A stretch of 64,000 bases of DNA. Origin: Squalus acanthias (taxonomy: Eukaryota). Each line of letters opens with the position of its first letter. Within the stretch, counting starts at the first letter, position 1. The position numbers and the translations under genes were made by a program. The DNA is taken from NCBI GenBank assembly GCA_030390025.1, contig JASTWF010000070.1:434001-498000 (forward strand). Reading direction: 5' to 3'. The notes beneath the pieces were generated by a model. The model worked only from the letters and a program-made list of their open reading frames with translations. It had not been told where the DNA came from and searched no databases. Positions 60,682 to 64,000 of the stretch are shown here, piece after piece.

Positions 60682-62400
60682 AGGGGGGATTTTTCCAGGT
60701 TTTAAGCGGACGGGATCGGTGGCGGGTCAGGAGGGAAAGTGTTTTTTCACAGAGGTCGGGATCCCGCTGTCAACCCGCCACCACGCGCCTTTACCAAATG
60801 TTGGGTCTGTCAGCGCTGAGCAGACCCGACACGCAGCGGCGGGGGAGGCAATTCAGGTCATGATGACCTTGTTAACAGAGGAGTAACAACAATTTTGAGC
60901 TCACCTTTAGAACTTACCAGCTCGCCAACGGGGTCCACGCTGCTCGGGGATCACGTCTGTTAAGCTGGGCGGGAATTGAATGGCTATGGAATCATCTCAT
61001 TACTTGACATCTGGAAATGTGCTATAAAAGCGCCCATCTCTCAGCTGTTCACTTTCCAAGTGCAAAAGCTGTTGCTTACTGCATTGGAAGAGAGATTGAG
61101 CTTTATGCAGGTTGCAAGGTTTTGGAGCAAACTCTATATCACCTCGTTGGAACAACCTCTCTCACCATTGACAGATTCCTTCTGTCATCTCAAGTTCACC
61201 TGCCATTTGTTCCATCACCGTGGGTACGGCTTATACTCTCTCACCTTGTTTATCAGAATCTGAGCACGATCAGCAGGAACACCAGCATCACCAGGCACAC
61301 CAGCAGCACCGACAACCACACCAACCTTCTCTGCAATCACCTGATGCTGCACAGGACAGAGGGCATCAGCACCCGACCATTTGGCTGCCCGGGACGCCAG
61401 AGATGGGATGACCTCACCAAGGCCAGATTTACTTCACTTGATGTTCCACACCCATATGGCTGCCACATGATGCGCCAGGTTGGCACCACCCCACACCAAC
61501 AACATAAAGCATCCGTACAATGCCCAAGCCATTCCTTTCACACTCATCAGCATTGCGGGGCTACCGTTATGTCCCACCATTCACTGCAACTCACGAAGCC
61601 ACTTCCAAAGGTGCACACCAATCTGTCGAAGAACAGAAACTGTTGAAAATAAAGATTTTAATGTTTGCCAGCACATTAACAGAAACTTCACATAAACATT
61701 GGCTAAAACACACAAGTGCCTACCCTTGTGTGTTGTTAATTGGTATGATTGGAATAGGATTGGGGTGAGTGTGAGGGGTGGTTAGTAAGATTGGGAAGTG
61801 ATATTGTAGATGGAGATAATTGGTGGAGGTGCAAGGTAAATTGGTGTGAGGAAGGCCATGCAGGAGTAGGACAGGAATGACAGATTCATGGGGATGTGAT
61901 GATTGGCACAGCAGGATGAGGTTGAGTGTGGCTTTGCATTAACGTTTCGTGTTCTACTAAGATCATTGAAAGGTTTGCCCCACTGAAGCCTGGTCCTCTT
62001 GACGAAATCCCTGCTTCTGCCCTCCTGTGCATTGTGCAACCCGGCTGCGTTGGTCTCCTGGGTAGCTCTCTTTGGAAGGGAAAAGAACCTCCCTACGTGC
62101 TCTGGAGGGAGGCATGGGATAGTCTGGGTGCAGCCGTGCGCCTCTGCGCAGTGCTTGTCACTGTTGTGGATCACTGACAGCACAACTGTCAAAGTAAATT
62201 TGCGCACGGGCCCTTGAAGGATACCGGCGGATGACGCGTAGCATACGACGTCATCAGACCCGCTTCCTTCAATTGGCCGGGAAACTCGCCGGGCGTGCTT
62301 AGGAAGCCCAATGAGGGGAATGTCATGTCGGAAGCCGGGATGGAGCCAGCAGCGACCCGCCACCGACATCGCCCGCCACGCACCCTCCCAGTCGGGGACA
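60682..62400 (-). mobile_element. Decayed Harbinger-like element, duplicate of 4629-6310
   Basis: Colinear homology with 4629-6310; Myb-like relic ~61940-62150. Confidence 0.55.
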
Positions 62401-63129
62401 TCCCGGATATCCACAAGGAGTCTTTTTCACCGATCTACGATACTCTGTGTGAAATGTTCAACTTTTCCTCTTTTGCTGCCCCGCGTGTAGTTCATTAGCT
62501 ATCTTCCAGATGATGTCCCCTTTCAATACTTGATTGAGCAACGGAACCAGATTGAGTTTCAGCAATCTCTTTCGTAATCTAATCCCAGAATGATGCGTGG
62601 CGCTCTTTAATGAATGGCCTGCAATGGAATAATTTCACTTTTGAAGCTAGGGCGCCAAAATGACACATGTGGTCTCAGCACCGATCTACAGAAGCTTAAA
62701 GTTTGGAAATCAAATAGCCACGTGATGTGTGGTGTCAGAATAGTCCTTATCCCTCACTTTAATATAGGCTGGTGGATTCAAGAGATAGAGATATGAATAA
62801 TCTTTATTTATCTGTACACTTATAGAAACTTAGCACCTCCAGTGCTATGAGAATGACTTTAATTGTACTCACAATCGCAGCTATTTAATTATGCAAGGTA
62901 AGCACGGTGCTCGTAGGTCAGCACGTTCATTCTACGTGTGATTATTACGTACGCACGCAGGGTTAATATGTGAACTCGTTGGTGCTCACGCATGCTACTC
63001 GCAGGCCCGTATCCCCCTACCACCCTTGCTCATGCTCATTGGCGACACTCTCTGTCCAGTGTTCTCCGGACATTTCATATGTATGATTAACCATATTCAG
63101 AATCCTCACTTGCTGATCTAGGAGCACAG

Positions 63130-64000
63130 GAACAGGAGTAGATCCACAGTGGATTACCTCACACTCCCCCACATTGAGCGACATCTGTCATGTTTCACCC
63201 CCATCACAACCTGCACATATCCCCTTCCAAATTGTTGCTCCCATCTACAAAAGTTACTCTGCCTCCTAACTTAACACCAGCTGCAAACTTGGATATACAA
63301 CTCCCTATTCCTTCATCCAACTCATTAATATATGTGGTGGAAAGATTGAGGCCCCAGAACAGATCCCTGGGGAACACCACTTGTCACATCCTGCCAATCT
63401 GAGTACCTCCTCTTTATCCCGACTCTCTGTCTCCTACTTCCCATCCAAACTCCAACCCAAATCAAAAGGCTCCACCCAATTCCATGCGGTCTCAACGTGG
63501 CCATTAATCTTTAATGTGGAACCTTATTGAATACCTTCTGGGATTCCATATAGATAATATCCATAGACACTCCTTTGTCTATCTGATTAGTGGCCTCCTC
63601 AAGAAATGTAACTGGATAAGTCAGAAATGATTTACCTTTTACAAAGCCATGCTGGCCCCCTCTGATCAGCTCATATTTGCATAGGTGATCAATCACTCTA
63701 ACCTTAATGACAGATTCGATTAATTACCCCACGACTGACGTTAAACTGACAGGCCGGTGGTGACCTGGTTTCTCTCTCCCACCCTTCTTCAATAATACAG
63801 TATCTGGAGCACAGTGTACAGGTTCTGGGCACCGCATCTCAGAAAGGATATACTGGAGGGAGTTCAGCGCTGATTCACCAGAATGTTACCAGGGATGCAA
63901 GGGTTACATTACTAGAAGAGATTAGATAAACTAGGCCTGTATTCCCGGGAGTATAGAATGTGATTTGATTGAGGTTTTGGGGATTTTTTGAGGGATTGAT
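63130..64000. mobile_element. CR1 fragments, paralog of ~7140-8010
   Basis: QHGFVKGKS motif on minus; colinear homology. Confidence 0.8.

Overview
Cartilaginous-fish (shark-like) genomic DNA rich in CR1/L2 LINEs, HE1 and Deu-type SINEs and Harbinger-like elements. It is part of a tandem array of germline-joined immunoglobulin lambda (type II/NS3-like) light-chain genes on the minus strand. One gene is intact (leader 12611-12659, VJ 12105-12458, C 8735-9063). The other is a pseudogene with three lesions (51700-55930). Flank homology predicts further copies just outside both window ends. Between the two genes, a ~33-kb block (about 17.8-51.0 kb) replaces the normal spacer. It carries non-rearranging antigen-receptor-like genes. 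Receptor A is a plus-strand leader-VJ-C1-TM gene with an ITIM exon (27977-32288). Receptor B is a convergent minus-strand TM/cytoplasmic module with an ITSM-like motif (41952-43049). Two decayed paralogous fragments are also present. The architecture resembles the PRARP/VJ-C1 receptor family. The block also holds a young 4.5-kb Gypsy LTR retrotransposon with a 5-bp TSD, and three GC-rich MITEs, two of which form a ~750-bp inverted repeat. All gene models were read by eye from splice signals and reading frames; no database searches were run.
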